Below, piece after piece: positions 28,129-37,763 of a stretch of DNA of 49,285 bases. This DNA is from Polyangiaceae bacterium (GTDB lineage Bacteria > Myxococcota_A > Polyangia > Polyangiales > Polyangiaceae), in NCBI GenBank assembly GCA_044222475.1, contig JBGANF010000051.1:1-49285 (forward strand), in the 5' to 3' direction. The notes below the pieces were generated by a model, which did no database searches, had not been told where the DNA came from, and worked only from the letters and a program-made list of their open reading frames with translations. Positions within the stretch are counted from its first letter, which is position 1. Each line of letters starts with the position of its first letter. A program made the translations under genes and the position numbers.

Positions 28129-28225
28129 GGATTGCTTCTACCACGCACTTTTGGGCGAGGGGTGGGCGCGTGGGTGGTGTCCGTTCGATCCAGGTCGCGC
28201 CCGGGCGATCCAAGGATCGTGCGGA

Positions 28226-28396
28226 TCAGGCCTGCTCGTCTGCGTCGTCCGCCTTGGCCTCGCGGAGGCCGCGCTTGAAGTTGCGGATCCCCTCTCCGAG
28301 GCCTTTTCCGACCGAAGAAATGCGACCTGCGCCGAACAGCAGCAGGGCGATGAGGCCGATGATCAGGAGCTCGCCGGGGCCGATGGATCCAAGCAT
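28226..28396 (-). CDS. tatA: Twin-arginine translocase TatA/E subunit (short)
   Basis: GPGELLII...LLLFGAGRI...GKGLGEGIRNFK; GGAGG RBS. Confidence 0.92.
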   Translation of the reverse strand: MLGSIGPGELLIIGLIALLLFGAGRISSVGKGLGEGIRNFKRGLREAKADDADEQA

Positions 28397-28450
28397 GGTG
28401 GAACCTCCGAGGGGATCCAGTGCATGCGGTGGTCCATCGATCGGAGACAA

Positions 28451-28541
28451 TGGGAGTGGGAGTGGGAGTGGGAGTGGGAGTGGGTCAGAAAGAGAGGCGG
28501 TCGGGGGTTCCGTTCCCGCTCCCCTTCCCCCTCCCGCTCCC
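28451..28541. repeat. (TGGGAG)5 microsatellite facing a degenerate complementary C-rich tract
   Basis: Six GGG tracts at 28452-28484; TTCCCGCTCCCCTTCCCCCTCCCGCTCCC near 28513-28541. Confidence 0.9.
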
Positions 28542-28602
28542 GAGCGACTACGTCACGGCTCGGCAGGAGGGCACGCAATCCGCGTGAACGCTCTCGAAGT
28601 GC

Positions 28603-28968
28603 TCAGGCCTTCTTTTCGGCCGGCTCGTCTGCTTCGGACTCCTCTTCTTCTTCGTCTTCGTCCGACTTCTTCTTCTCGGTCTTCTCGACCTTCGCCGCGG
28701 GCTTCTCGCTCTTCTTCTCCGCCTTCTTCGCGGGAGCGGGCTCATCGTCGTCGTCGGAAGACTTCTTCTTCTCGGCCTTGTCGGATTTCTTCGCGGGCTT
28801 CTTCTCGTCTTCCTCGTCGTCTTCGCCGTCTCCCTCCTTCAAGCCTTTCTTGAAGTTGGAGATGCCTTGACCGAGGCCCTTGCCGATGTCGGCGATGCGC
28901 CCTGCGCCGAACAGCAAGAGCGCGATGAGGGCGATGATGAGGAGCTCGCCGGGGCCGATGTTACCCAT
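28603..28968 (-). CDS. tatA: Twin-arginine translocase TatA/E subunit with long charged tail
   Basis: GPGELLII...LLLFGAGRI...GKGLGQGISNFK; K/E/D-rich tail. Confidence 0.92.
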   Translation of the reverse strand: MGNIGPGELLIIALIALLLFGAGRIADIGKGLGQGISNFKKGLKEGDGEDDEEDEKKPAKKSDKAEKKKSSDDDDEPAPAKKAEKKSEKPAAKVEKTEKKKSDEDEEEEESEADEPAEKKA

Positions 28969-28992
28969 GGCCCAGAGGTAGCAGTGGCGCTC

Positions 28993-29979
28993 TTACGGAG
29001 CAAGGGATTGACGCTGGCGGAAGCCGAGCAGCCAACCCACGGCGAGCGCCGCCAGCGTCGCTGCGACGGGAACCAGCGCGTAGCGACTCACCGCAACATC
29101 TGCGCGGTCGAGCAGGCGAAGCACGCCGAGCGCGGCGAGCGGTCCCACCGCGCCGACCGCGACCGACTCGAACGCCGTACCGAGACGGCGCCGCAGCGAC
29201 GCGCGGGTCGCCACGAACGCGGCGCCCAGCGCCGAGAGAACCACGAGGAGCGCCCGCAGAAAGGGCGGCAACGCCGACGACTGGGCGAACGGCGAGAGGC
29301 CCTTCAACGTGAGGGTCCCGGCAGAGAGCTTCGCGTCGCCCACGAGCACCTGCGCGTCCTCGAGGTCGACGCGGCGCATGTCTCCCGCGACTCGCAAATT
29401 ACTTGCAGTATACACGGCACCCCCGACCGGTGCGCGGCCGTAGAGCCGCGGAGCCTCACCCGGCGCGCAGAGCCACGTCGCGCCGACGAACGGGACGGTT
29501 CGCGTCATCTCCTCCTCCGAGGAGGCGCACGCGACGCGTCCCTGGTCGACGAGATCCTGCGCCACGCGACCGGGAGCCTCGGCGTCGCGGCCGCCGAGGA
29601 GAGATACGAGCGCCAGCACGAAGAGGAACGGCGCCGCCGGAGCTGCGAGCCGCGCGACGGTCCTCCACGGTGCCTCGCCGAGGAGCTCGTAGACGCGAGC
29701 ATCACCGCGCTCCGCGAAGCGGTGCGCCGCCAGACTGAAGCCAATCGGGAACCCGGCGAGCAGCGCAGCTTCGACGGCGAGCTCGACCACGCTACGCGCG
29801 AAGGGCAGCGCGACTCGAAACGGAACGGACGGCTCCAGGACCCATGGGAGGACGCGCACTGCTCCTCCGAGCAGGGCGACGACGGCGAGGCCGGCCGTGA
29901 AAGCGCTCGCGGACTGGAGGGCCGGCCACGCGAGGGGCGTCCCGGCGACGGCATTCAAGCGAGTTCGGTACCTGTCCAC
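28993..29979 (-). CDS. LptF/LptG-like multi-pass membrane protein
   Basis: TM helices, a RFAERGD...LG...PWR-type loop and a central periplasmic segment. Confidence 0.5.
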   Translation of the reverse strand: MDRYRTRLNAVAGTPLAWPALQSASAFTAGLAVVALLGGAVRVLPWVLEPSVPFRVALPFARSVVELAVEAALLAGFPIGFSLAAHRFAERGDARVYELLGEAPWRTVARLAAPAAPFLFVLALVSLLGGRDAEAPGRVAQDLVDQGRVACASSEEEMTRTVPFVGATWLCAPGEAPRLYGRAPVGGAVYTASNLRVAGDMRRVDLEDAQVLVGDAKLSAGTLTLKGLSPFAQSSALPPFLRALLVVLSALGAAFVATRASLRRRLGTAFESVAVGAVGPLAALGVLRLLDRADVAVSRYALVPVAATLAALAVGWLLGFRQRQSLAP

Positions 29980-30170
29980 AGCGCCTCACCTCGCGCCCAA
30001 AGGCGCCTCACCTCGCGCCCAATGGCGCTTCACTGCGCGCCCAAAAGCGCTTGCACCATCCCGTGAACGGCGTGATACCTTCGCGCAACGTTCTTTGGGG
30101 CCCGTCTGCCTTTCGAGAGACGGGGTAAGAAGTACCTTTCCCGCTACCCGATCCACACGAGAAAAAAGAG

Positions 30171-30863
30171 ATGCGGAGCATTTTGGCCAAGCGCCTCACC
30201 ATCGGAATCACCACCGCCGCCTTCGCGCTGGGGGCGTTGACCGTCCACATGCCGCAGGCGCGGGCCGAAGGGGTTTCCCCCACGGTGAAGGGCATCATCG
30301 GCGGTGGCATGCTCGGCGCCGAAGTCGTCGCGCTCCCGATGGGCATCTTCGGGTGCCGGGCTGGCTGGGCCTACGCGGTCTTCCCGCCCCTCGGCGCGGT
30401 CGGCGGCGTGATCGGCGGCTATTTCATGGACAAGGCGTACAACGACGCCGGTCCGGACACGCAGGCCTACGGCTCCGCGTTCCTCCTCGCGGGCGGCATC
30501 GCCCTCCTCATCCCGACGTTCGTCGTCGTCCTGAACGCCACTCGGTACCATCCCCCCGAGGAAGGCACCCCCGACAAGCCGGTCACCAACACGTCGCCCC
30601 CCGCCGATCCCGGCAAGGTCGGCGGCAGCGTGGTGACACCTTCTGGAGGAGGCGGCGGCGACACGAAGCCGACCGACACGAAGCCCGCAGACACGAAGCC
30701 GGCACCCGGCCCGGGCTCCATGCTCGACCTCCAGGACGGTACCTTCCGCGTCGGCATCCCGATCCCCGAGATCCGGAACGCCTACACGCAGCGCGAGGTC
30801 CACGATCTCGGCGTCCGTCAGGTGACCGAGGTCCGGCTTCCGGTCTTCAAATTCACGTTCTGA
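30171..30863 (+). CDS. Secreted/membrane hypothetical protein
   Basis: Signal peptide ARA, Gly-rich hydrophobic helices, Pro-rich linker, terminal FKFTF. Confidence 0.7.
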   Translation: MRSILAKRLTIGITTAAFALGALTVHMPQARAEGVSPTVKGIIGGGMLGAEVVALPMGIFGCRAGWAYAVFPPLGAVGGVIGGYFMDKAYNDAGPDTQAYGSAFLLAGGIALLIPTFVVVLNATRYHPPEEGTPDKPVTNTSPPADPGKVGGSVVTPSGGGGGDTKPTDTKPADTKPAPGPGSMLDLQDGTFRVGIPIPEIRNAYTQREVHDLGVRQVTEVRLPVFKFTF

Positions 30864-30924
30864 GAACCAACTTCGCGTCCGGTGACATGAGAGGGACCAT
30901 CTTGTACGATGGTGCGCTAGGCTC

Positions 30925-32652
30925 ATGACGACCCAAGTGCAGCGGTCCTCCGCCACCAAACCTGCAGACCCGATGCTCGGAAGGGTCGTCGCAGGTCGCT
31001 ATCGACTCGAATCTCGCCTCGGGGAAGGCGGCATGGGCGTCGTGTACCGCGCCCGCCACGTCCTCATCGATCGCGTCGTTGCGCTGAAGCTCATCCGCCC
31101 CGACCTCCGCGGCGAGACGCACCTCCGCGCGTGGATGCTCCGCGAAGCGCGCGCCGCGAACCGCGTCGACCACGCGCACATCATCGACATCCACGACATC
31201 GGCGAGACCGAAGAGGGCGAGCTCTACCTCGTCATGGAGTACCTCGTCGGTACGGCGCTCTCGTCCGAGCTCGCGAAGGGCCCGATGGCGCTCTCGCGCG
31301 GGGTCGACGTTCTCGAGCAGATGTGCGCCGCGCTCGGCCGCGCCCACGACCTCGGCGTCGTTCACCGCGACCTCAAGAGCGACAACATCCTCCTCTCGAC
31401 GCGCGGCGGACGAAAGGACTTCGTCAAGATCCTCGACTTCGGTCTCGCCCACTTGGCGATGGACCCGCGACTCGCGCCGAAGGGCGCGGTGTTCGGTACG
31501 CCGGAGTACATGTCGCCCGAGCAGGCGCGCGGCGAAGAAGCCGGACCGCAGAGCGATCTCTACGCGCTCGGCGTCCTCTTCTTCGAGATGCTCACCGGCC
31601 AGCTCCCCTTCCGTTCGAGCGACCGCGACACCCTGCTCGAGATGCAGCGCTCGGCGCCCCCGCCGAAGCCGCGCTCGATCAAGAGCGACATCCTCCCCGC
31701 GGCCGAGGCGATCTCGCTCAAGCTGCTCGAGAAGGATCGGCGCCGCCGCTTCCAGGACGCGCACCATCTCCACGAAGAGCTGAAGGCACTGCAGCGCTCC
31801 CTGCCGAGCACGGCGTGGGAGGTCGGCGCCGTGGGCGAGCTCGCGGCACCGCCGCCTCCTCCTCCGCCGCAGTCGCCGGGCGTCATCGAGTGGGCGAACC
31901 GCGCGGGGCTCTTCTCGCGCATGGTCAGCCGCGCGTATCCGTCCGGCAACGCCGCTCCCGAGATCCAGAAAGCGCTCGCGACCGCGTGGGATCTCGCCGC
32001 GCGCGCGACGAAGCTCGAAGGCGAGGTCGCGAGCCACACCCGCAAGCTCGAGTCTCTCGAGCGCCGCGGTCGCGCGCTCCGCGCCGAGATCGGTCGAAAG
32101 GTAGAAGAGCTCGCGCACGAAGAGTCACGCGCTCTGCGCGACGCAGCGGCCGAGCAGCAAGAAGCGGCGCGCATTCGCGAGCAGCTGCAGATCGCAGAGC
32201 GCAACCTCGTCGGAGCGAAGGCCGCGGCCGATCAGGCGGCGGCCGGTGCGCCGGCACAGGCGCGGCAAGCGTTCGAACGCGCGGGCGCGGCGATGGCGCT
32301 GGTCGAAGCCCGACGCGAGCAGCTGGGCGAGCGCGAGCAAAAGGCCGCGGTGAAGGACTCGCAAGCGCGCGACCTTCGTCGTCAGATCGAGGAGCTCCGA
32401 GCGCAGCTCTCACGCTACGCCGAGGCCCTCGAAGAAGATCTCGCTCAAGGTCGCGAGAAGGTCGCCGCGCGCACGCGCGAGGGCATCGCGTTCGAGAAGT
32501 CGTTCTCCGAGGTGTCCACGCTCCTCTTGAACCACCTCAAGGCAAAGCCCGAGGCGCGTGATCTCCTGCAAGACCTGATGGAAGCGATGCACGGCCCGTC
32601 GCCGCAACAGCAGCGCGCGCCGGGGCCCGAGAGCCGTACGCCGGGCGGCTGA
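30925..32652 (+). CDS. Hanks-type Ser/Thr kinase with C-terminal coiled coil
   Basis: LGEGGMGVVY, HRDLK, DFG, GTPEYMSPEQ; no TM segment. Confidence 0.95.
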   Translation: MTTQVQRSSATKPADPMLGRVVAGRYRLESRLGEGGMGVVYRARHVLIDRVVALKLIRPDLRGETHLRAWMLREARAANRVDHAHIIDIHDIGETEEGELYLVMEYLVGTALSSELAKGPMALSRGVDVLEQMCAALGRAHDLGVVHRDLKSDNILLSTRGGRKDFVKILDFGLAHLAMDPRLAPKGAVFGTPEYMSPEQARGEEAGPQSDLYALGVLFFEMLTGQLPFRSSDRDTLLEMQRSAPPPKPRSIKSDILPAAEAISLKLLEKDRRRRFQDAHHLHEELKALQRSLPSTAWEVGAVGELAAPPPPPPPQSPGVIEWANRAGLFSRMVSRAYPSGNAAPEIQKALATAWDLAARATKLEGEVASHTRKLESLERRGRALRAEIGRKVEELAHEESRALRDAAAEQQEAARIREQLQIAERNLVGAKAAADQAAAGAPAQARQAFERAGAAMALVEARREQLGEREQKAAVKDSQARDLRRQIEELRAQLSRYAEALEEDLAQGREKVAARTREGIAFEKSFSEVSTLLLNHLKAKPEARDLLQDLMEAMHGPSPQQQRAPGPESRTPGG

Positions 32653-32673
32653 CGCCGGTCGACGGCTCGCCCG

Positions 32674-33207
32674 TCAGGGCAGCTTCGCGTTCAGGAAGCT
32701 CTTCAGCTTGAGGAGTGTCTTCACGTCGCGGTTGAACGACGGAGCTTGGTACTCCTTGGCCCACGCGGCGACCTCTTGCGTGAACTGGCGGCGGATCGAC
32801 TCGTCGCCGACGATGTCGTCGACGGTGCGACCGCGCGCCGCGCCCTTGTGGAGGTTCTTCACGTAGGACTCGAGGCGCTCGTAGTCGCCGCCGAGGAACT
32901 CCTTGAGCGGCGCGGCGTCCGAGGCGAGTCGACCGAGCACGCCGTCCTTCGACGCCGGGTCTTCGGCGACGGCGAACGCGGCCGCGACGCGGAGGACGAA
33001 CGCGTCGTCGAGGTAACCGAGATCGTCGATCCCGTCGGGGATCAGATCGAGCGACTTGAAGATGTAGTTGAGGCCCACCGCGACGTGGCGGCGCGCGGGC
33101 TCCGAGGTGGTGGTGTCGACGATCGTGCCGAGCGCTGCCGCGTCTTCGCCGAGCGAGCGGAGCCAAGCCGGAAACATCTCGAGAAACTTCGGGTCGATGT
33201 CGCTCAT
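32674..33207 (-). CDS. YkvA/DUF1232 family protein
   Basis: YIFKSLDLIPDGIDDLGYLDDAFVL. Confidence 0.85.
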   Translation of the reverse strand: MSDIDPKFLEMFPAWLRSLGEDAAALGTIVDTTTSEPARRHVAVGLNYIFKSLDLIPDGIDDLGYLDDAFVLRVAAAFAVAEDPASKDGVLGRLASDAAPLKEFLGGDYERLESYVKNLHKGAARGRTVDDIVGDESIRRQFTQEVAAWAKEYQAPSFNRDVKTLLKLKSFLNAKLP

Positions 33208-33222
33208 GGTGAGCGAACGGTA

Positions 33223-34128
33223 TCAAGCCCTGCCGTGGATCGCCAGCATCCGCGGGGCCACGTCCCTCAGGTCGGCCGAGCCGGAAAAGGCTTCGGCGGC
33301 CGCGCCGTAGGCGATCAGTGGGACTTTGGCGTGGGTGTGGGACCGCGTCGAGAGATCCTCGAGGTTGCCGTGGTCGCTCGTGACGACGACCGTCTGGCGC
33401 GCGGGATCGATCGTACGAAACAGCGCGGCGAGGAATCGGTCGGTCTTGGCGATTTCGGTACGCGCGAACTGAAGGTCCTGCGAGTGGCCCGCGACGTCCG
33501 TCAAGAACAGCTCGAAGAGTGCGACGTCGAGCTCGGCGGCGCCGCGCGCGACGGCGGCCGCGGCATCGGCGATCGTGCGCCGCGGCGCGGCGACGCCGTG
33601 TCCGCGCATGAGCTCGCCGGTGAGATCGAACGTCGCGGCCCGACCCTCTTCGACGTCGGCGAGGGTGCGCAGCGCGCCGTCCCCGGCGAGGGCGGTCCAG
33701 CTGCTCGCCGACGGCGCGAACCTCCGCTTCGCCGGCTCGGCGCCGCGAACGACGCGCTCGAGGTGGGTCTTCCTTCCCTCGTCGTAGCCGTTGAGGAAGG
33801 CAGCGCGAAGACCGCGCTCGCGGGCCCGACGAAGAAAGCTGTATTCTGCAATCTTCTGGCCGAGGGCGCGCGTGGGCTGAGCCGGCCAATGACCGCCGAC
33901 GTGCGCGATCACGTCCTCGCCGGTGAAGAGCACGCCCTGCCCCGTCGCGCTCTGCGGAAGACCGGCGTACCCGAGGCTCGCGTCGAGCGCGCCGTACTGC
34001 GCCCCTTCGAAGCCGTCGCCGCCGCCGAGCGGAGCGAGCACCTCGAGGTGCATGCCGAAGAACGGGTTCTCGACGCTCGGCCGCCCGTAGCCGATGCCGT
34101 CGACGAACACGAGGAGGACGCTCGTCAC
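33223..34128 (-). CDS. Metalloenzyme (alkaline phosphatase/iPGM superfamily)
   Basis: VFVDGIG, LPQSATGQ, TDVAGH, TSDHGNLED, HT...VPL; GTGA-coupled to the kinase gene. Confidence 0.85.
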   Translation of the reverse strand: MTSVLLVFVDGIGYGRPSVENPFFGMHLEVLAPLGGGDGFEGAQYGALDASLGYAGLPQSATGQGVLFTGEDVIAHVGGHWPAQPTRALGQKIAEYSFLRRARERGLRAAFLNGYDEGRKTHLERVVRGAEPAKRRFAPSASSWTALAGDGALRTLADVEEGRAATFDLTGELMRGHGVAAPRRTIADAAAAVARGAAELDVALFELFLTDVAGHSQDLQFARTEIAKTDRFLAALFRTIDPARQTVVVTSDHGNLEDLSTRSHTHAKVPLIAYGAAAEAFSGSADLRDVAPRMLAIHGRA

Positions 34129-35390
34129 TGCAGACGTCCGACGGCGAACCCGAGGAGGAAGCCCAGCACGAGCGCCACCCCCACGAACGCGACGACGATC
34201 GGCACCGCCAGACCGCGGGCGGCGGGCGCCTCGGGCTCGCTCGGAGGGATCATCACCACCGGTGGAGGCGCGCTGTGGCGACCGACGCCACCGCCGGCGC
34301 CCCCGCTCGACAAGGTCGTGCTGGGGGAGCGATTCGCGGGGCTGTTGAGCGTCCCACCCGGGGTCGACTCGGGGAGGGCGCTGATGCGCTGAATCACCTC
34401 GGCCGCGACCGCAGGCTGGAGCGCGGTCGGCGTGAACGCAGCGGGGACGTTGAGGTGTTGCTGGGTCGGCGAAGGCAGCGAGGCCATCGGTTCGGTCGCC
34501 GGACGGACGGCGGACGTCGGTGCTTGGCTCAACGCGGCCGCCATCTCGTGCGCGGACGAGAATCGCGCGTCTCGATCCTTCGCGAGCGCGCGATCGAGGA
34601 CTGCGGCGAACGGACGCGCGACGTCGTCGATCGGCTCGGGCGGCGAGTTGAGGATGACCGCGAGCCGCGCGAACTCCGTCGGTGCGGGGAACGGATGCCG
34701 GCCGCACAGCATCTCGTAGAGCATGACTCCAGCGGCCCAGAGATCGGTGCGCCCGTCGGCGTCCTTCGAGTTGCGGAGCTGCTCCGGGCTCATGTAGGCC
34801 GGCGTTCCGAGGAGGATTCCCGTTTTGGTACGACTGCCCATCCCACCGGCCGCGTCCATGACGCGCGCGACGCCGAAATCGAGGAGCTTGACCTCGTAGC
34901 CGCTGGTGCCCGATGCCTTGCGCTCGAGGAACACGTTCTCGGGCTTGAGATCGCGGTGGACGACGCCAGCGGCGTGAGCGGCGCCGAGCCCAGCGAGGAT
35001 GCCTTGCAGGATGGGGACCGCCGCCGCCGGCGGGATGCGCGAGCCGCGCATGAACGTGCCGAGCGACGTACCGTCGAGGTGCTCCATCACGATGAACGGG
35101 GTGCCCAGCTCGGTCGTCCCGCTGCCGAGCACGCGGAGGACGTTGGGGTGCTGGATGCGGGACGCGGTTGCGCCTTCCTCGAGGAACCGGCGCGTGACGT
35201 CCTGATCTTCGAGCATCTCGGGACGAAGGATCTTCAGCGCGACCCGTTGCCCCGTCGTCATGTCGTCGGCGGCGACGACCACGCCCATGCCGCCCTCGCC
35301 GAGGGGCGCGGTGACCCGGTATTTCCCGCCGATGACGCGCCCGATGTAGGGAGCGACACCTCCCGGCGCGGGAGTGGGCTGGGCGGTCAT
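34125..35390 (-). CDS. Ser/Thr kinase with C-terminal TM anchor
   Basis: LGEGGMGVV, HRDLKPEN, DFG, GTPAYMSPEQ. Confidence 0.95.
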   Translation of the reverse strand: MTAQPTPAPGGVAPYIGRVIGGKYRVTAPLGEGGMGVVVAADDMTTGQRVALKILRPEMLEDQDVTRRFLEEGATASRIQHPNVLRVLGSGTTELGTPFIVMEHLDGTSLGTFMRGSRIPPAAAVPILQGILAGLGAAHAAGVVHRDLKPENVFLERKASGTSGYEVKLLDFGVARVMDAAGGMGSRTKTGILLGTPAYMSPEQLRNSKDADGRTDLWAAGVMLYEMLCGRHPFPAPTEFARLAVILNSPPEPIDDVARPFAAVLDRALAKDRDARFSSAHEMAAALSQAPTSAVRPATEPMASLPSPTQQHLNVPAAFTPTALQPAVAAEVIQRISALPESTPGGTLNSPANRSPSTTLSSGGAGGGVGRHSAPPPVVMIPPSEPEAPAARGLAVPIVVAFVGVALVLGFLLGFAVGRLQ

Positions 35391-35455
35391 GCGCGGCAAT
35401 GTAACGCATGAGCCGGTCGAGCGCTTCCCCCCGACTTCGACTATGCTGCCCGCGA

Positions 35456-36265
35456 ATGATCGGGAGAGCTTTCTCATTCGCGGCCGCCGTCGCGTTGGTC
35501 TCGACGGCCGGGATCGCGCATGCGGATCCCAAGCCGGTGGATGTGGTGAAGCCCGAGAAGGACGAGCCTCGCGTGGCGGAGCGCCCCTGGCTCTACGCGG
35601 ACGACGCGACGACCCCCGGTCAATGGCAGAGCCTCGCTGGTACGCGCTTCACCTACTCGTCGGGCTCGAGCAGCGTGACGCGCCCGTTCGCCGCGAACCT
35701 CTCCGCGCCCGGCGGCATCGCCGAGCTCAACGCCGAGGTCGGGATCCTTCGCGAGCTCTCGCTCGCTGCGACCGGGGTGATGGGCTTCGGCGACAAGGTG
35801 TCGGGCGGAGCGACGATCGGTGTGCGTTTCGCCCCGTTCGCTCGGCTCACGATCCCGTTCCGATTCGTCGTGGGCGGCGGATACCTCCGTGAGCGCGGCG
35901 CCGACAACGGGATGTTCTTCCGGCTCGCCGCGACGTACGACGCGGGCCCGTTCCGCTTCGGCACGACGTTTCACGGGGAGCACATCTTCGCGCCCGGTCG
36001 CGACGCGCTCGACGTGATGCTCATCCTCGGCGCCAACGTGAAGCTTAGCCGCATCGTTCGTCTCGGCGTCGAGTACGTCGCTCAGGATCTCGAAGGCTAC
36101 TTCGACGACGAAGAGGCCGAGGGCGGAGTGCGCCACTTCCTGGGGCCGACGGCTTCGTTCGAGCTCCTCGACAAGCGACTCTTCCTCGCCTTCGGACCCG
36201 CGGTCGGGTTGTCGTACGGGTCCCCGGGGCTCGTCGGCCGAGGCTCTCTCGCCTTCGCGTTCTGA
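35456..36265 (+). CDS. Outer-membrane beta-barrel-like hypothetical protein
   Basis: Signal peptide AHA, beta strands, terminal LAFAF. Confidence 0.7.
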   Translation: MIGRAFSFAAAVALVSTAGIAHADPKPVDVVKPEKDEPRVAERPWLYADDATTPGQWQSLAGTRFTYSSGSSSVTRPFAANLSAPGGIAELNAEVGILRELSLAATGVMGFGDKVSGGATIGVRFAPFARLTIPFRFVVGGGYLRERGADNGMFFRLAATYDAGPFRFGTTFHGEHIFAPGRDALDVMLILGANVKLSRIVRLGVEYVAQDLEGYFDDEEAEGGVRHFLGPTASFELLDKRLFLAFGPAVGLSYGSPGLVGRGSLAFAF

Positions 36266-36462
36266 TGCTCAAGCTCAAGCGCATCGAGATCGCCGCCATC
36301 GTCGTCACCTTCATGGTGGCGATCACGATCAACGCGGTGTGGCGCGTTCGCGTCATGGGCGCGGCCGAGCGCCAGCGCGTCGAGCGCGAAGCGGCGGAAG
36401 CCGCCGAAGCCGGGGTGGACGCGGGCGAGGCGACGCCTACCGTCGACGCTTCGACGGAGTGA
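36265..36462 (+). CDS. Small single-TM protein
   Basis: TGATG coupling; TM helix followed by a DAG-rich tail. Confidence 0.6.
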   Translation: MLKLKRIEIAAIVVTFMVAITINAVWRVRVMGAAERQRVEREAAEAAEAGVDAGEATPTVDASTE

Positions 36463-36524
36463 AGTTTCCGAGGCGACTTCGTCTCGCCGCATGTTCGTCA
36501 CGCGCGAGTGCTTCGATTTGCTCC

Positions 36525-36614
36525 ATGCAGCCGATCGAGTTGTTCGTCGTCGCCGCGACCGTGTTCCTCGTCGTCTTCGGCGTGCACGCGGTCGCTCAGC
36601 GCGGTCGCTCTTAG
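36525..36614 (+). CDS. Possible 29-aa TM microprotein
   Basis: MQPIELFVVAATVFLVVFGVHAVAQRGRS fills the intergenic gap. Confidence 0.35.
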   Translation: MQPIELFVVAATVFLVVFGVHAVAQRGRS

Positions 36615-37624
36615 AGCCGCAACCCGAGCTCGTCGAGGACGTGGCCGGGAGCTTCGCCGCCGAGAGGCTGCATCCGAAGGAGCGCGCGCACCGTCGGTGA
36701 CACGTCGGCCAGTCGACGTCTGGTCGGCGAGGCCACCGCGCCGCGGGCCTCGATCCCAGCACCGTGAGCGACGAGCCACACGCGCTGCGACTCGGGGTAA
36801 CCGCCTCCGTGATCGCGAAAGTCGCTTGCTCGTCCGTGGTCCGCGGTGACGAGCACGGTGGTGACGGCATCGTCGCCGGTCTCGCGGAGAACCTTCTCGA
36901 TCGACGCGAGGGTCGCGTCGGCGGCTCGAAGTGCGCCGAGGTACGCCGCGTGATCGCCGTGGTGCGCGTGCTCGTCGGTGTCGCCGAAGCCGATGAACGC
37001 GAACGTCGGTCGCGCGGTCCGCAGCACCTCGAGCGCGAGCTCGGCGGTTCCCGCGTCGGGCCGGTAGTCGCCCTCGCCGGGTCCGGGTCCGCCGTCTTCG
37101 AGCTTCTTCGCCAGCGCTTCGATCGAGGTCGGCGCGCCCGGCGTGCGATCCGTCCGCCCGCACGACACGAAGCCCTCGCGCTCGGTCGCGCGTGCGGCGA
37201 GCGCGATGCGGCCCCACGAGGCGACGACCGCGAAGCTCGTCCCTTCGGGAAGATCGTCCACGATGGTTCGCTGCACGGTTCGCGCGCAGTTGTTCGTCGT
37301 GCAGAGAGACCGTCGGCCGGCGAAGATCTCGGTGTAGCCGGGGAGCGAGACGAAGTTGGGACCGCTCGCCTGCATCGGCCTCTCTGCGTCGGCGCCGACC
37401 ACCGCGCCGTCGGTCGTCGACCAGCGGGTCAGCGTCGGGAGTGACTCCCCCGCCCCGATCACGTCCTGCCACCTCGTCCCGTCGATCGTGACCACGATGA
37501 CCTTGCTCGTCGCGGAGGCCCGGGCGGGCTCGGTGTGAGCCGGCACCTCGGCGAGCTTCGACCAAGGAACCGCCTGAGAGTGCATCCACGCGAAGGAGAG
37601 GAGGGCCAGCACGGGCAAGCGCAT
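36611..37624 (-). CDS. Secreted alkaline-phosphatase-superfamily protein (paralog A)
   Basis: VTIDGTRWQD, VSLPGYTEIFAG, TDEHAH, TADHGR. Confidence 0.85.
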   Translation of the reverse strand: MRLPVLALLSFAWMHSQAVPWSKLAEVPAHTEPARASATSKVIVVTIDGTRWQDVIGAGESLPTLTRWSTTDGAVVGADAERPMQASGPNFVSLPGYTEIFAGRRSLCTTNNCARTVQRTIVDDLPEGTSFAVVASWGRIALAARATEREGFVSCGRTDRTPGAPTSIEALAKKLEDGGPGPGEGDYRPDAGTAELALEVLRTARPTFAFIGFGDTDEHAHHGDHAAYLGALRAADATLASIEKVLRETGDDAVTTVLVTADHGRASDFRDHGGGYPESQRVWLVAHGAGIEARGAVASPTRRRLADVSPTVRALLRMQPLGGEAPGHVLDELGLRL

Positions 37625-37763
37625 GTCGCCGACGATGCACTCCTCGGGTGTCGGCGAGGTTCGGGCGAGGTGCGATGCTTGTAACTTCCACGTAACGGGC
37701 GGCGTTGCCGAGAGCTTGCCGAGCCGGTACGCCCGCGTCACGTTCGCGGCACGCGGGCCGGCG

